From positions 43,473 to 107,472 of the forward strand of contig CAWAAF010000004.1 in NCBI GenBank assembly GCA_963779905.1: a stretch of 64,000 nucleotides of DNA, in the 5' to 3' direction. The translations under genes and the position numbers were made by a program. Source of the stretch: an uncultured Chloroflexia bacterium (GTDB taxonomy: Bacteria > Chloroflexota > Limnocylindria > Limnocylindrales > CSP1-4). Each line of letters begins with the position of its first letter. Position 1 is the stretch's first letter. The notes beneath the pieces were generated by a model, which saw only the letters and a program-made list of their open reading frames with translations, was not told the origin of the DNA and ran no database searches. Positions 27,350-36,792 of the stretch are shown here, in pieces.

Positions 27350-27457
27350 GCTCCGGGAGCAACATCCGCGCCGACGCGCGGCCCGGCCTGCGGGTCGCCG
27401 TCGGCGTCTCCGAACCCGTCCTCGAACTCGTGAGGCCAGGAATCGCGCTGAGAGGCC

Positions 27458-28557
27458 CTAGCCGGCGACGGCCTCCGCCTGCTGCTCGGCGACCGTTGGG
27501 ACTCGCTCGCGCAGCAGGCGGGACACTGGTCGCGAGGTGTCGAAGGCGTCGGCCAGGGCCACGACAATGAGGGTCAGGGGAACGGCCAGTAGCGCGCCGG
27601 CGCCGCCCAGGACGCCTGCCCAGAACACGATCGAGACGGTCACGATGACCGGTGAGATGTCGACACTGCCGCCGATGAAGCGCGGCTGGATGACGTAATC
27701 GATGGCCAGATTGATCACGGAGTAGCCAACGATCACCGCCAGCGCCAGCATCGGGCCGCCGATGAGCAGGGCAAGGATGGTCGGCGGGATCAGCGACAGG
27801 ACGAAACCGACATTGGGGATGAAGCTGAGCAGGAACGACAGCAAGCCCCAGAGCAGCGCCGCCGGCACTCCCAGCACCAGCAGCAGGATCACATCGAGGA
27901 TGGCCGCAATGGCGCCGAGGAAAGCCCGCGCCACGACAAACGTGCGTAATCGATTGGCCAGGAGCCGGCGCGGTCGAGGACATCAGGGCGGGCACCAAAT
28001 GCCCACAGCAGGCGGTCGTCGGCGCGTGGAGCTTCGAGCAACAGGTAGGCCACGACGGGCACCGAGTAGCCGATCATCACCAGCCCACCCAGCGACCACT
28101 GGGCGATGCCTTTGGCGAACTCAGCGACGGCGGCCGGGTCGACCAACGGCTTCGATGGGTCGCCGCCGATGGTCGTCATGAGCCTGTCCATGAACTGTTG
28201 GAGCTCGTCCTCGTAGCTCGGCAGGTCGCGCAGGAACGACGAGATGCCCACCAGCAGCAGCAACCCGGCGGCGCCCAGCACGACGATGTACACGGCCAGA
28301 CCGATGAGTGTCGCCACACCGTTGCCGATACCCCGCCGGCGCAGCCGTTCGTGCAGCGGCAAGAGAAGCAGCGTGGCCAGCATTGAGAAGGTGATCAGGA
28401 CGATGAAGTCGGAGCCGGCGTGAAGCCCCAGCATCACGATCACGAAGGCAGCGGCGGCCACGATTGGCGGCCGGCTGAGCTACGGCGTCAGAAACGCGCT
28501 GGCTAACGCTGGCTGCGGCTTGATGTTCGGCTGCGGGGTGACGCTCGGCTCAGCCAT
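27458..28557 (-). pseudogene. AI-2E family transporter (PerM/UPF0118), paralogue 1, about two frameshifts
   Basis: ORF 27889..28461 and ORF 27458..27934 give the typical multi-TM AI-2E profile (...LLSFIPNVGFVLSLIPPTILALL...LLAVPLTLIVVAL). A possible upstream start is MAEPSVTPQPNIKPQ at 28557, in another frame. Confidence 0.75.
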
Positions 28558-28572
28558 GTGGGCGGAGCTTAC

Positions 28573-28647
28573 CGGCGTGAATTGGCTGGCGAGGAAGGAT
28601 TCGAACCTTCAATCCCCTGATCCAGAGTCAGGTGCCTTACCGTTAGG
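28573..28647 (-). tRNA. tRNA-Gln (anticodon CUG), CCA encoded
   Basis: The 75-nt cloverleaf was folded by hand: acceptor TGGCGAG/CTCGCCA (U1:A72), D arm GCCT-AACGGTA-AGGC, anticodon arm CCTGA-CTCTGGA-TCAGG, variable GGATT, T arm GAAGG-TTCGAAT-CCTTC, discriminator G, then CCA. Confidence 0.9.
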
Positions 28648-28689
28648 CCACTCGCCAGCGCGGCCCCGATTGTAAGCGCCGCCGGCCGA

Positions 28690-29845
28690 TCAGCCCGACT
28701 CGTACCTGGCCACGTCGATCAGGCTCTGCTCCTCGGCGTCCCTGAACAGGTAGCCGAACATGTCGCGGACGATCGCTGCCACCGGCAACGCCAGAATGGC
28801 GCCCACGATGCCGCCGATGGCCAGGCCGACCAGCACGATGAACAGCACGAGGGCCGCCTTGAAGTTGATCACCTGGCCCTCGATCTTGGGCACCAGGACG
28901 TTGGCCTCGACTATGAAATCGATCACGTAGAAGACCGAAACGAGCACCACGGCGGAGGGCGAAGTGGCCAGCGCCAAGAGCAGGGCCGGGATGAGCGAAA
29001 TGATCGGCCCGATCTGGGGCAGCAACTCCATGACGCCGGCCAGCAGCCCCAGGAAGAGCGCAAAGCCCTGGAAGGGCGGTCCGACGATCAGGCCGATGAT
29101 GAAGGTGCCGATAAAGACGATCGTGCCCTGGATCGACCCGACGATGATCTCCGCCCTGAAATAGTTCACGAAGTCGTTGCGGAAGATGTTGATCGCCGCG
29201 TCGACCGTGAGGACGCCAAGGGACGGGGATCCCGCCACGGAAGCCGCTGGCCATCTTCGGCTGGTCGATGAGCAGGTAGAAGACGAAGAACGGCAGGACG
29301 GCCAGGCTCAGCGCTGTGCCCAACATGCCGAGGGCGCCCTTCAGGAACCCGAGCACGACCGTGCCCTGGTCGACATTCTGGCCGGCGGAATTGATCGCGT
29401 GCGAGGAGAGCGCCGATGGCGCTGGCAAGCGCCGGCGGTGCGTTCGCCTGGATATTGGCGAGGGTGGCGGGTATGGCCGCGATGAAGGGCAGGATCTGAT
29501 TGAAGAAGATCGCGATGCCGGCAATCGCAATGCCGATGACGATGGCGACTGTTATGGCGACGGCAAGCAGCGAGGCCACCCCTCGATTCACGCCTCGCCT
29601 GTCGAGCCGATTGACGATCGGCAGCAAGACGGCAAAAACGGCCAACCCGATGCCGAACATGAAGACCACCGACCACGACAGCGTCAGGATGGTCAGCCCA
29701 ACAACTCCGGCGATGATCAGCAGCCAGAACGGCGCACTGGGCGCCGACATCGGCCGGAATCGCGCGTGGACCTGTGGCGAGGCTGGCAATTTCCGGTGGC
29801 GGTCGGAGCCGGTGTCTCGGACGGCAAGACTTGGCTTTCGCTCAT
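28690..29845 (-). pseudogene. AI-2E family transporter, paralogue 2, about two frameshifts
   Basis: MSAPSAPFWLLIIAGVVGLTILTL... starts at 29750. It continues through ORF 28643..29530 and ORF 28690..29238 (...MELLPQIGPIISLIPALLLAL...ILALPVAAIVRDMF). An alternative start is MSESQ at 29845, preceded by GAGGGGA, but that needs one more slip. Confidence 0.75.
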
Positions 29846-30048
29846 GGTTTCGACGTTGTCCCCTCGAGGGCGACGACCCGTCACCCAGTCCGGCGAATAG
29901 AACCACACTTCGAGTTCGGAAAAGCGGTGTCTGGTCATTAGCGCCGCCTGGCGGACCGGCATCGACGGCCGCACTACTCGCCGCTGCCGACGTGGCCAGC
30001 GCTGTGGAGGCGGGCCGCCGGCTTGACCGCCGCGTGATGCTGAACGCC

Positions 30049-30294
30049 ATGGACGATCAACCCATTTTCGACTACGTCAACAGGCTGGCCAAGGAAGAAG
30101 AGGAGCTATGGCATCGGGCTAGCGATGGTCAGGGCCTCGGCGCAGGCGATCGGCAGCGGCTCGACGAGATCACGGTCGCACTCGACCAGTGTTACGACCT
30201 CTTGCACCAGCGCCAGGCCATGCGCTCCGCTGGACAGAATCCGGGTGAGGCGCACCTCCGCCCGCCCGACGTCGTGGAGCGTTACGAGCAGTAG
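30049..30294 (+). CDS. DUF2630-family small protein, intact
   Basis: MDDQPIFDYVNRLAKEEEELWHRA...RLDEITVALDQCYDLLHQRQAMRSAGQNPGEAHLRPPDVVERYEQ* matches the DUF2630 pattern as I remember it (..LDQCWDLLRQR...P.EA..RP...VE.Y.Q). It is the in-frame Met within ORF 29500..30294. Confidence 0.7.
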   Translation: MDDQPIFDYVNRLAKEEEELWHRASDGQGLGAGDRQRLDEITVALDQCYDLLHQRQAMRSAGQNPGEAHLRPPDVVERYEQ

Positions 30295-30316
30295 CGCCTG
30301 GTGTTGAACTCGGCGT

Positions 30317-31977
30317 TCAGCCGCGCGCCTGCACCTTGGCCCACGTGTCCTTGAGCGTGACCGTCCGGTTGAACACCGGCCTGCCGGCGGCAGTGTCCGG
30401 ATCGGCGCAGAAGTAGCCCAGTCGCTCGAATTGGTACGGTCTCGCCGACAACCGGCTCGGCCAGCGAGGGCTCGACGAACGCCCTGCACGATTATCTCGG
30501 ATGCGGGTTGAGGTCGGCCAGCAGGTCGTCGCGTGCGCCCGGGTTCGGGCTCGACGAACAGGTGGTCGTACAGCCGGACTTCGGCCGGCAACGCGTGCAC
30601 CGCCGACAGCCAGTGGAGAGTCGCCTTCGGCCGTCGGCCGTCAGGTGCATCGCCGCCGCGTGTCGTTCGGGTCGTAGGTGGCGTGCACTTCCACGACGTT
30701 GCCTGAGGAGTCCTTGACCACGTCGGTACAGGTGACGAAATAGGCCGCCGCGCAGGCGCACTTCCTGACCCGGCGACAAGCCGGAAGAACTTGGGCGGCG
30801 GGTTCTCGGCGAAGTCTTCGCGCTCGATCCACAGCTCGCGCGAGAACGGCACTGAGCGCGTGCCGGCTGCCGGATCCTCGGGGTTGTTGACCGCCTCGAC
30901 CTGCTCGACTCTGGCCTGCGGGGTAGTTGTCGATGACGAGCTTGAACGGGTCGATCACGCCGAACCGCCGTGGCGCCTCGCGATTGAGCACGTCGCGCAC
31001 GGCGTGCTCCAGCTGGCCGATTTCGACGACGCTGTCTGCCTTCGACACGCCGATCGACTCGGCGAAGTCACGGATGCCGTCGGCCGGATAGCCACGCCGG
31101 CGCAGGCCCGAGATGGTCGGCATGCGCGGGTCGTCCCAGCCGTGCACGTGGCCCTCGGTGACCAGCCGCAGCAGGAAGCGCTTGGACAGCACTGTGTAGG
31201 TGAGGTTGCAGCCGCGCGAACTCGATCTGGCGCGGCTTGGACGGCACAGGCAGGTTGTCGATGAGCCAGTCGTACAGCGGGCGGTGGATCTCGAACTCGA
31301 GCGTGCACAGCGAGTGGGTTACGCCCTCGATCGCGTCGGACTGGCCGTGGGCGAAGTCGTAGGTCGGGATAGATGGACCACGCGTCACCGGTGCGCGGAT
31401 GCGCGGCGTGGACGATGCGGTACAGCACCGGGTCGCGCAGGTTGATGTTGGGCGACGCCATGTCGATCTTGGCGCGCAGCACGCGGGCGCCGTTGGCGAA
31501 CTCACCGGCGCGCATGCGCGTGAACAGGTCGAGGTTCTCGTCGACCGACCGGTCACGCCAGGGTGAGTTCCGGCCAGGCTCGGTCAGCGTGCCGCGGTGC
31601 TCGCGGATCTCGTCGGCCGACGAGGTCGTCGACGTAGGCCTTGCCGTCGTTGACCAGCTCGACCGCCCACTCGTAGAGCTGCTCGAAGTAGTCGGATGCG
31701 TAGTAGAGGTGCTCGCCCCAGTCGAAGCCGAGCCAGCGCACGTCGGCCTCGATGGCGTCGATGTACTCCTGCTCTTCCTTGACCGGGTTGGTGTCGTCGA
31801 AGCGCAGGTTGCAGTGGCCGCCGAACTCTGCGGCGACGCCGAAGTTCAGGCAGATCGACTTGGCATGGCCGATATGCAGGTAGCCGTTGGGCTCGGGCGG
31901 AAAGCGCGTGACGATCGTCGTGTGACGGCCGGCGGCCAGGTCGGCGGCGACGATCTCGCGGATGAAGTCGGGCACGT
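30317..31977 (-). pseudogene. glnS: Glutaminyl-tRNA synthetase, about six frameshifts as assembled
   Basis: The HIGH motif is present ([16 protein letters not shown]). Further blocks read [50 protein letters not shown] and the KMSKS-like TVLSKR. The C-terminal anticodon-binding part ends ...[16 protein letters not shown] with its stop at 30317-30319. Pieces lie in ORFs 31553, 31068, 30955, 30641 and 30106. Confidence 0.85.
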
Positions 31978-32008
31978 CGACTAGTGAAACAGATTTCGCC
32001 GCTGAGGC

Positions 32009-32037
32009 TTGACATGCAGGCGGTATATGCGTATATT
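32009..32037 (+). promoter_or_regulatory. Near-consensus sigma-70-type promoter for the EXLDI/ABC genes
   Basis: TTGACA (32009-32014), a 17-nt spacer, then TATATT (32032-32037). It sits in an unusually AT-rich stretch that also contains GTATAT repeats (gtatatgcgtatatttgtacgtatag), 44 nt upstream of the GTG at 32081. Confidence 0.5.
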
Positions 32038-32080
32038 TGTACGTATAGTTACTCCGCATGAAGACGGGTACGATGACTTG

Positions 32081-32596
32081 GTGCCAAACAAGACGATTTA
32101 CGTCTCCGATGGAGACATGCCGCTCTATCAGCGGGCACAGGAACTTGGTGGCGGCAACCTTTCCGCAGCGATCGCCAGCGCCCTGCGCCGCTTCGTCGAG
32201 GTCGAGGAGTCGAAAACCGAAGGCTTCTCGGACATCGTCGTTCGGGTCGGCCTGGAAAAGGGCCGGAAGGTCCGCTTCGTGGGCGTTCTCGTCGGCGAGC
32301 TTCTCGACAGCTCGAACGGCCCGAAGTACTACCACGTCTATCGCGGCCGAACGGGCAAGTACGTGCTGCACATCGAACGCGAAGCCCAGTTCACCGCGAC
32401 CGACTCGCAGGGCAAGCCTGCCGGCTGGCGCGGCTGGGTCGGCATCGGCGACGTCAAGTACGGCAGCTCGCCGAAGGAGTCGACCATCGAGGTGGTACCG
32501 ACGCTCGAGGAACTCGAGCAGAAGGTTCCGCCCGAGCTCTTTGCGATCGTGGCCCGATCGGCCCAGCAGCCCGCGGTCGAGGAGCTCGACATCTGA
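32081..32596 (+). CDS. EXLDI-family protein, intact
   Basis: [40 protein letters not shown]... ends in ...[10 protein letters not shown], which is the C-terminal E-x-L-D-I motif that names the family. The GTG at 32081 is in frame within ORF 32009..32596. Confidence 0.75.
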   Translation: MPNKTIYVSDGDMPLYQRAQELGGGNLSAAIASALRRFVEVEESKTEGFSDIVVRVGLEKGRKVRFVGVLVGELLDSSNGPKYYHVYRGRTGKYVLHIEREAQFTATDSQGKPAGWRGWVGIGDVKYGSSPKESTIEVVPTLEELEQKVPPELFAIVARSAQQPAVEELDI

Positions 32597-32635
32597 ACTG
32601 CTGACCGGCGCCGCCGCGCTGGGTGGAGGTGCCGC

Positions 32636-33594
32636 ATGACCGGCCAGCCAGCGACTGCCATCCGGGTGCGCGGCCTGCGCAAGTCGTACGGCAAGCAGGT
32701 TGTCCTGGACGGCGTCGACTTCGACGTCGAGAAGGGCACCGTCTTCGCCCTGCTCGGGCCGAACGGTGCCGGCAAGACGACCGATCGTCAACATTCTCGC
32801 CACCCTGCTCGGTGCGGACGGCGGCGAGGTAAGCGTTTTCGGCCACGACCTGGCCGCGCGAGCCGAACGCGATTCGCTCGCTCATCGGCGTGACCGGGCA
32901 GGTGTCGGCCGTCGACGGCCAGTTCACGGGCGCGGAGAACCTGCGCCTGATGGCCGACCTGTGTCATCTCGATCGCGACGAGGGTCGCCGGCGGGTCGCG
33001 GTGCTGCTCGACCGTTTTGATCTCGTGGAGGCGGCGGCCAAGCCGGCGATGACCTACTCGGTGGGCATGCGCCGGCGGCTCGACCTGGCCATGACCCTGG
33101 TCGCCCGTCCCCGGCTGATCTTCCTGGACGAGCCAACGACCGGGCTCGACCCGCGCAGCCGCCGCGTCGTCTGGCAGATCGTCAGGGAGTTGGTAGCGAC
33201 CGGCGTAACCGTCTTCCTGACCACGCAGTACCTGGAAGAGGCCGACGACCTCGCAGCTCGCATCTGCCTTCTGGATCAGGGCAAGGTCGTGGCACAGGGC
33301 ACGCCGGCGGAATTGAAGCGGCTCGTGCCGGGCGGACAGCCTGACGCTCGAATTCGCCGAACACCGAGCAGCTCGAGCGCGCTGCCCAGGTAATCGCCGG
33401 CGGCACACGCGACGACGATGCGCTCGACCCTCCACGTCGCCAGTGACGGCGCCGTTCCGAGCGTCCGCCGGGTGCTCGACACGCTGGATGCCCGATCGAT
33501 CGAGGTGGCCGGCCTGGCTGTCCACCCGGCCGACCTCGACGACGTCTTTCTGTCACTCACCGGCCGCCGAGGGGCGGATGGAGGAGCCCACTAA
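32636..33594 (+). pseudogene. ABC transporter ATP-binding protein (DrrA/daunorubicin-resistance-like), about four frameshifts
   Basis: Walker A is [12 protein letters not shown], the signature is YSVGMRRRLDLA and Walker B is LIFLDEPTTGLD (ORF 32890..33393). The C-terminal end is ...VAGLAVHPADLDDVFLSLTGRRGADGGAH* with TAA at 33592-33594. Confidence 0.85.
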
Positions 33595-34391
33595 GTGAAC
33601 GCCTACTTCCTGACCGACTCGCTGACCATGCTGCGGCGCAGCTTCCGGCGCATGCGCCGCTATCCATCGCTGACCGTCTTCATGGCGCTGATTCCGGTGC
33701 TGATCCTGCTGCTCTTTGCGTTCGTGTTCGGCGGCACGATGGGCGCCGGACTGGGCGTGCCGGCGGCCAGCCGCGACGCCTACATCGCCTACGTGATGCC
33801 CGGCATCCTCTTGTTCACAGTCGTTGGCACAGGGCAGGGCATCGCCATCTCCGTGGCGATGGACATGAACGCCGGCATCATTGCCCGCTTCCGCACGATG
33901 GCCATCGCGCGTGGCGCCGTACTCGCCGGGCATGTCCTGGGCAATGTCACACAGACGTTGCTCGCGGCCGGGCTGGTCGTCATCGTGGGGCTGTTGGTCG
34001 GATTCAGGCCAACGACCGGCCCGCTCGAATGGCTGGCGGCAGTCGGCCTGCTCGCGCTGACTTCGCTCGCCGTTTCTACGCTGTGCGTGGCGCTTGGGCT
34101 GACAACGGACAGCGTCGAGACCGCCAGCAATCTGCCGATGTTCCTGATGATCCTGCTGTTCGTGAGCAGCGCGTTCGTGCCGCTCGCCTCACTGCCCGAG
34201 CCGCTGCAGACGATTGCCGGGGTCAACCCGATTCACGCCGATCGTGGAAACGGTGCGCGGCCTGCTCTACGGCACGCCCAATTGGCACGGATGGATTGCT
34301 GGCCATCGGCTGGTGCGTCGTGATCACGCTCGGCAGCTACGTCTGGGCGATGCGCCTGTTCGAAAGGCTGCCAAGTCGGGCCGGGGCGTGA
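33595..34391 (+). pseudogene. ABC-2-type permease (DrrB-like), one slip near 34240
   Basis: The GTG directly follows the ATPase stop. It reads NAYFLTDSLTMLRRSFRRMRRYPSLTVFMALIPVLILLLFAFVFGG..., with six predicted TM helices. The tail (...TVRGLLYGTPNWHGWIAG / AIGWCVVITLGSYVWAMRLFERL) is in other frames. Confidence 0.75.
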
Positions 34392-34401
34392 GCAAAGGAA
34401 T

Positions 34402-34476
34402 TGGCTGGCGAGCAAGGATTCGAACCTTGAATCCCCTGATCCAGAGTCAGGTGCCTTACCGTTTGGCCACTCGCCA
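34402..34476 (-). tRNA. tRNA-Gln (anticodon CUG), second copy, CCA encoded
   Basis: Same 75-nt fold as the copy at 28573..28647. It differs at three positions. The T-stem pair is swapped compensatorily (CAAGG/CCTTG versus GAAGG/CCTTC). The D stem reads GCCA instead of GCCT, which gives a 13:22 mismatch. Confidence 0.88.
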
Positions 34477-34489
34477 GCGACCGGTCGAG

Positions 34490-34519
34490 TCTAAACCCTG
34501 ACAGCGGCCGATCTTGCAA
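34490..34519 (-). promoter_or_regulatory. Candidate promoter of the second tRNA-Gln gene
   Basis: On the minus strand, TTGCAA (34519-34514), an 18-nt spacer, then TTTAGA (34495-34490). This lies about 13 nt upstream of the mature 5' end. The first copy has TACAAT at the equivalent distance (28659-28664 region) but no clear -35. Confidence 0.3.
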
Positions 34520-34589
34520 CCGAGGCGTAAGGCCTATGCGGACCGCGCGGCGGACCCTGCACCGCTCGACTGCCCGTAGCGTTCGGTCC

Positions 34590-35046
34590 ATGGATGGACT
34601 GAAGCTGCTCGAGAAAGACCACAAACTCTTCAGGCAGCTCCTGGCTGAGGGCGAAGAGACAACGGAGCGCGGCGTCAAGACGCGTACGGAGTTGTTTGAG
34701 CGGCTGAAGCGCGAGCTCACGATTCACGAACAGATGGAGGAAGAGGTCCTCTACCCGGCTCTGCGAGGAGGTCGCCAAGTCGCGCGACATCGCGCTGGAA
34801 GGCTACGAGGAACACCACGTCGTCGACGAAATCTTCGGCGAGCTGGAACAGACGCCGCCGTCCGACGAGACCTGGGCGCCAAGTGCAAGGTCGCCAAGGA
34901 GAACCTCGAGCACCACATGGACGAGGAGGAAAGCGAGATGTGGAAGGCGGCCCGGCAGCGAGTTCACCGACGACGAGCTCGAGACGATGGGCAACCGCAT
35001 GCTCGAGATCAAGCAGGCCGGCGAGGAGTTGCTGCCGCGGGCGTAG
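34590..35046 (+). pseudogene. Hemerythrin (HHE cation-binding) domain protein, about three frameshifts
   Basis: MDGLKLLEKDHKLFRQLL...LTIHEQMEEEVLYPAL, then EGYEEHHVVDEIF, then LEHHMDEEESEMWKAA...LEIKQAGEELLPRA*. The spaced H/E ligand pattern fits hemerythrin-like proteins. Pieces are in ORF 34536 and two other frames. Confidence 0.65.
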
Positions 35047-36678
35047 CTAGCTCCGACTCGAGCGCCAGCAGAGAGAAGCCGAACTCAGCGCCGCCCTCGG
35101 GCCGCTCGGCCGCCCACGATCCGGCCACCCATCGCCTCGACCACAGCCTGGCACACGTATAGCCCAATGCCCGCGCCACCCGACACGGCGCGGGCGCTGG
35201 GTGAGCGGTAGAACAGTTCAAAAAGGCGGTCCGGTTCGGTGCCGTTCAGGCCGTCGCCGTGATCCATGACACGCACCAGCACTTCGCCGTTGGTGGCCTC
35301 GAGCGGCGACGGTCACCCCGCGCTTGAGCGCGTCGCCGTAGCGAACGGCGTTGATGATGAGGTTGCGCACGACCTGCTCGATGTACGTCGCGTCGCCGCG
35401 CACTGCCGGCAGATAGTCCTCCAGCTCGAGCTGCGTGGTCAGCTCAGGCCAGTTGGCGCGCAGCGAAGAGACAACGGCCGGCAACACGCGCTGCAGCAGT
35501 AGCGGCTCGTCGCGATCTCGAGGACGCCACGTTCGACGCGCGTCATCACCAACAGGTCCTCGACGAGGCGAGCGAGGCGGCCAGCCTCCGAGTTGATGTC
35601 CCGGATGATTTCGTCGCGCCGCGCCCCGTCCATGCCGTGCATCAGCAACTCGCTGCCGCCATAGATCGTGGTGATCGGCGTTCTGAGCTCGTGCGACATC
35701 ATGCCCAGGAACACCTCGCGCGTCTGTTCGGCCTCGTGCTCGGCGGTCACGTCGCGGAAAACGGTCACCACCCGCGACAGTCGGCCGGCCGTGCCGACGA
35801 CCGGTGACGACCGCACCTGCGACCAGCGCAACTCGTCGCTGCCCTTGCGCCGGAAGCCGACGATCTCGGCGGGACCGGCGACACCGGTCGCCAGCACCAC
35901 TCGACTCGGTAGTCGTTCCTGCGGATACGGTCGCGCCATCGACGTCGACGAGCTCGAAGAGGTCGACCAGCTCGCCGGCCGACGTTCGCAACATCTCTTC
36001 GCCCGTCGCCACCCCGGTAAGCCGCGCGGCGGCATCGTTGGCGAACAGCAACCGACCGCCGGCGTCCTGCACGGTGATGCCGTCGGAAACGCTGCCGAAG
36101 ATGGCGGCCAGTTCGTCGCGCGAGTTGCGCAGCTCGGTCTCTGCGTGCGAGCCGTCCCAGCGCGCTGGCAAGGACACCGGCGACAGCCTCCAGGAAACGG
36201 GCGTCGTCACGCGTGAACCGTTCGAGCCGGCCGGTGAACGCGGTAATCGTGCCGAATGGATCGTCGGCCGCGCCGATGCGCACGGCCAGACCGGAGCGAG
36301 CGCCGTGCTCGAGCAACAGCCGATTCGCAACGAAGCGACGCTCGGTGGCGAGGTCGTCGACGATGACCACGCCGCCAGCGGACATCGAGAAATCCGCTTG
36401 CGTGCCCTTGCCCGCCGGCATTGCGACCGTGCCCAGAACACCCAGGCGAAACCCAACTCCGGCGGCGAGGCTCACCGAGTTCGCGTCAGGCGAGAGTTCC
36501 ATGATGCCGACAAGCTCAGTCCCAAGGACGCGCATGACGATGGCGCACGCTTCGGCCAGCAGCGCGTCGCGCGCCAGCGCACCGAGCGCATGCTGGCTCA
36601 GTTCGGCGATGCGCGGCCTGCTGCGCGAGCGATGTGCGCGAGCGCGGACCCATCCGGCGGCTCGGCTCCCTCGATCAT
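35009..36678 (-). pseudogene. GAF-PAS sensor histidine kinase, about six frameshifts
   Basis: A GAF-like N-terminus is present (VLGTELVGIMELSPDANSVSLAAGVGF...GGVVIVDDLATERRF). The PAS region reads RDELAAIFGSVSDGITVQDAGGRLLFANDAAARLTG. The H-box is FLGMMSHELRTPIT, the N-box is RNLIINAVRYG and the G-box is GGAGIGLYVCQAVVEAMGGRI. The 3' end overlaps the convergent hemerythrin gene. Confidence 0.8.
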
Positions 36679-36792
36679 CGCGTCAGTTTCAACGGACACA
36701 GCACTTACTTCCTGAACGCGCGGGCCCCCTCTCGGGCGAGCATACAACTCGGTCCGGACGGCGCATTTCAATCGAGTGGCGGCAATTCCTGT

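Noticed and set aside
29751-30050. The 100-codon N-terminal extension of AI-2E paralogue 2 (ORF 29166..30050 start).
   Set aside because: The extension is Arg/Ser/Ala-rich junk without hydrophobic segments. Better starts exist at 29750 (MSAPSAPFW) or 29845 (RBS GAGGGGA).
31553-32803. The 416-aa minus-strand ORF as a real large protein.
   Set aside because: Only its last ~140 codons (from about 31977 down) are GlnRS sequence. The upstream 270 codons are antisense to the EXLDI and ABC ATPase genes and cross the AT-rich promoter island.
28573-34476. The two tRNA-Gln copies as attL/attR of an integrated genomic island.
   Set aside because: Both copies are full-length functional-looking tRNAs, not a tRNA plus a 3' fragment. 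They differ by a compensatory stem change. There is no integrase, excisionase, transposase or phage gene between them, and the cargo includes housekeeping glnS.
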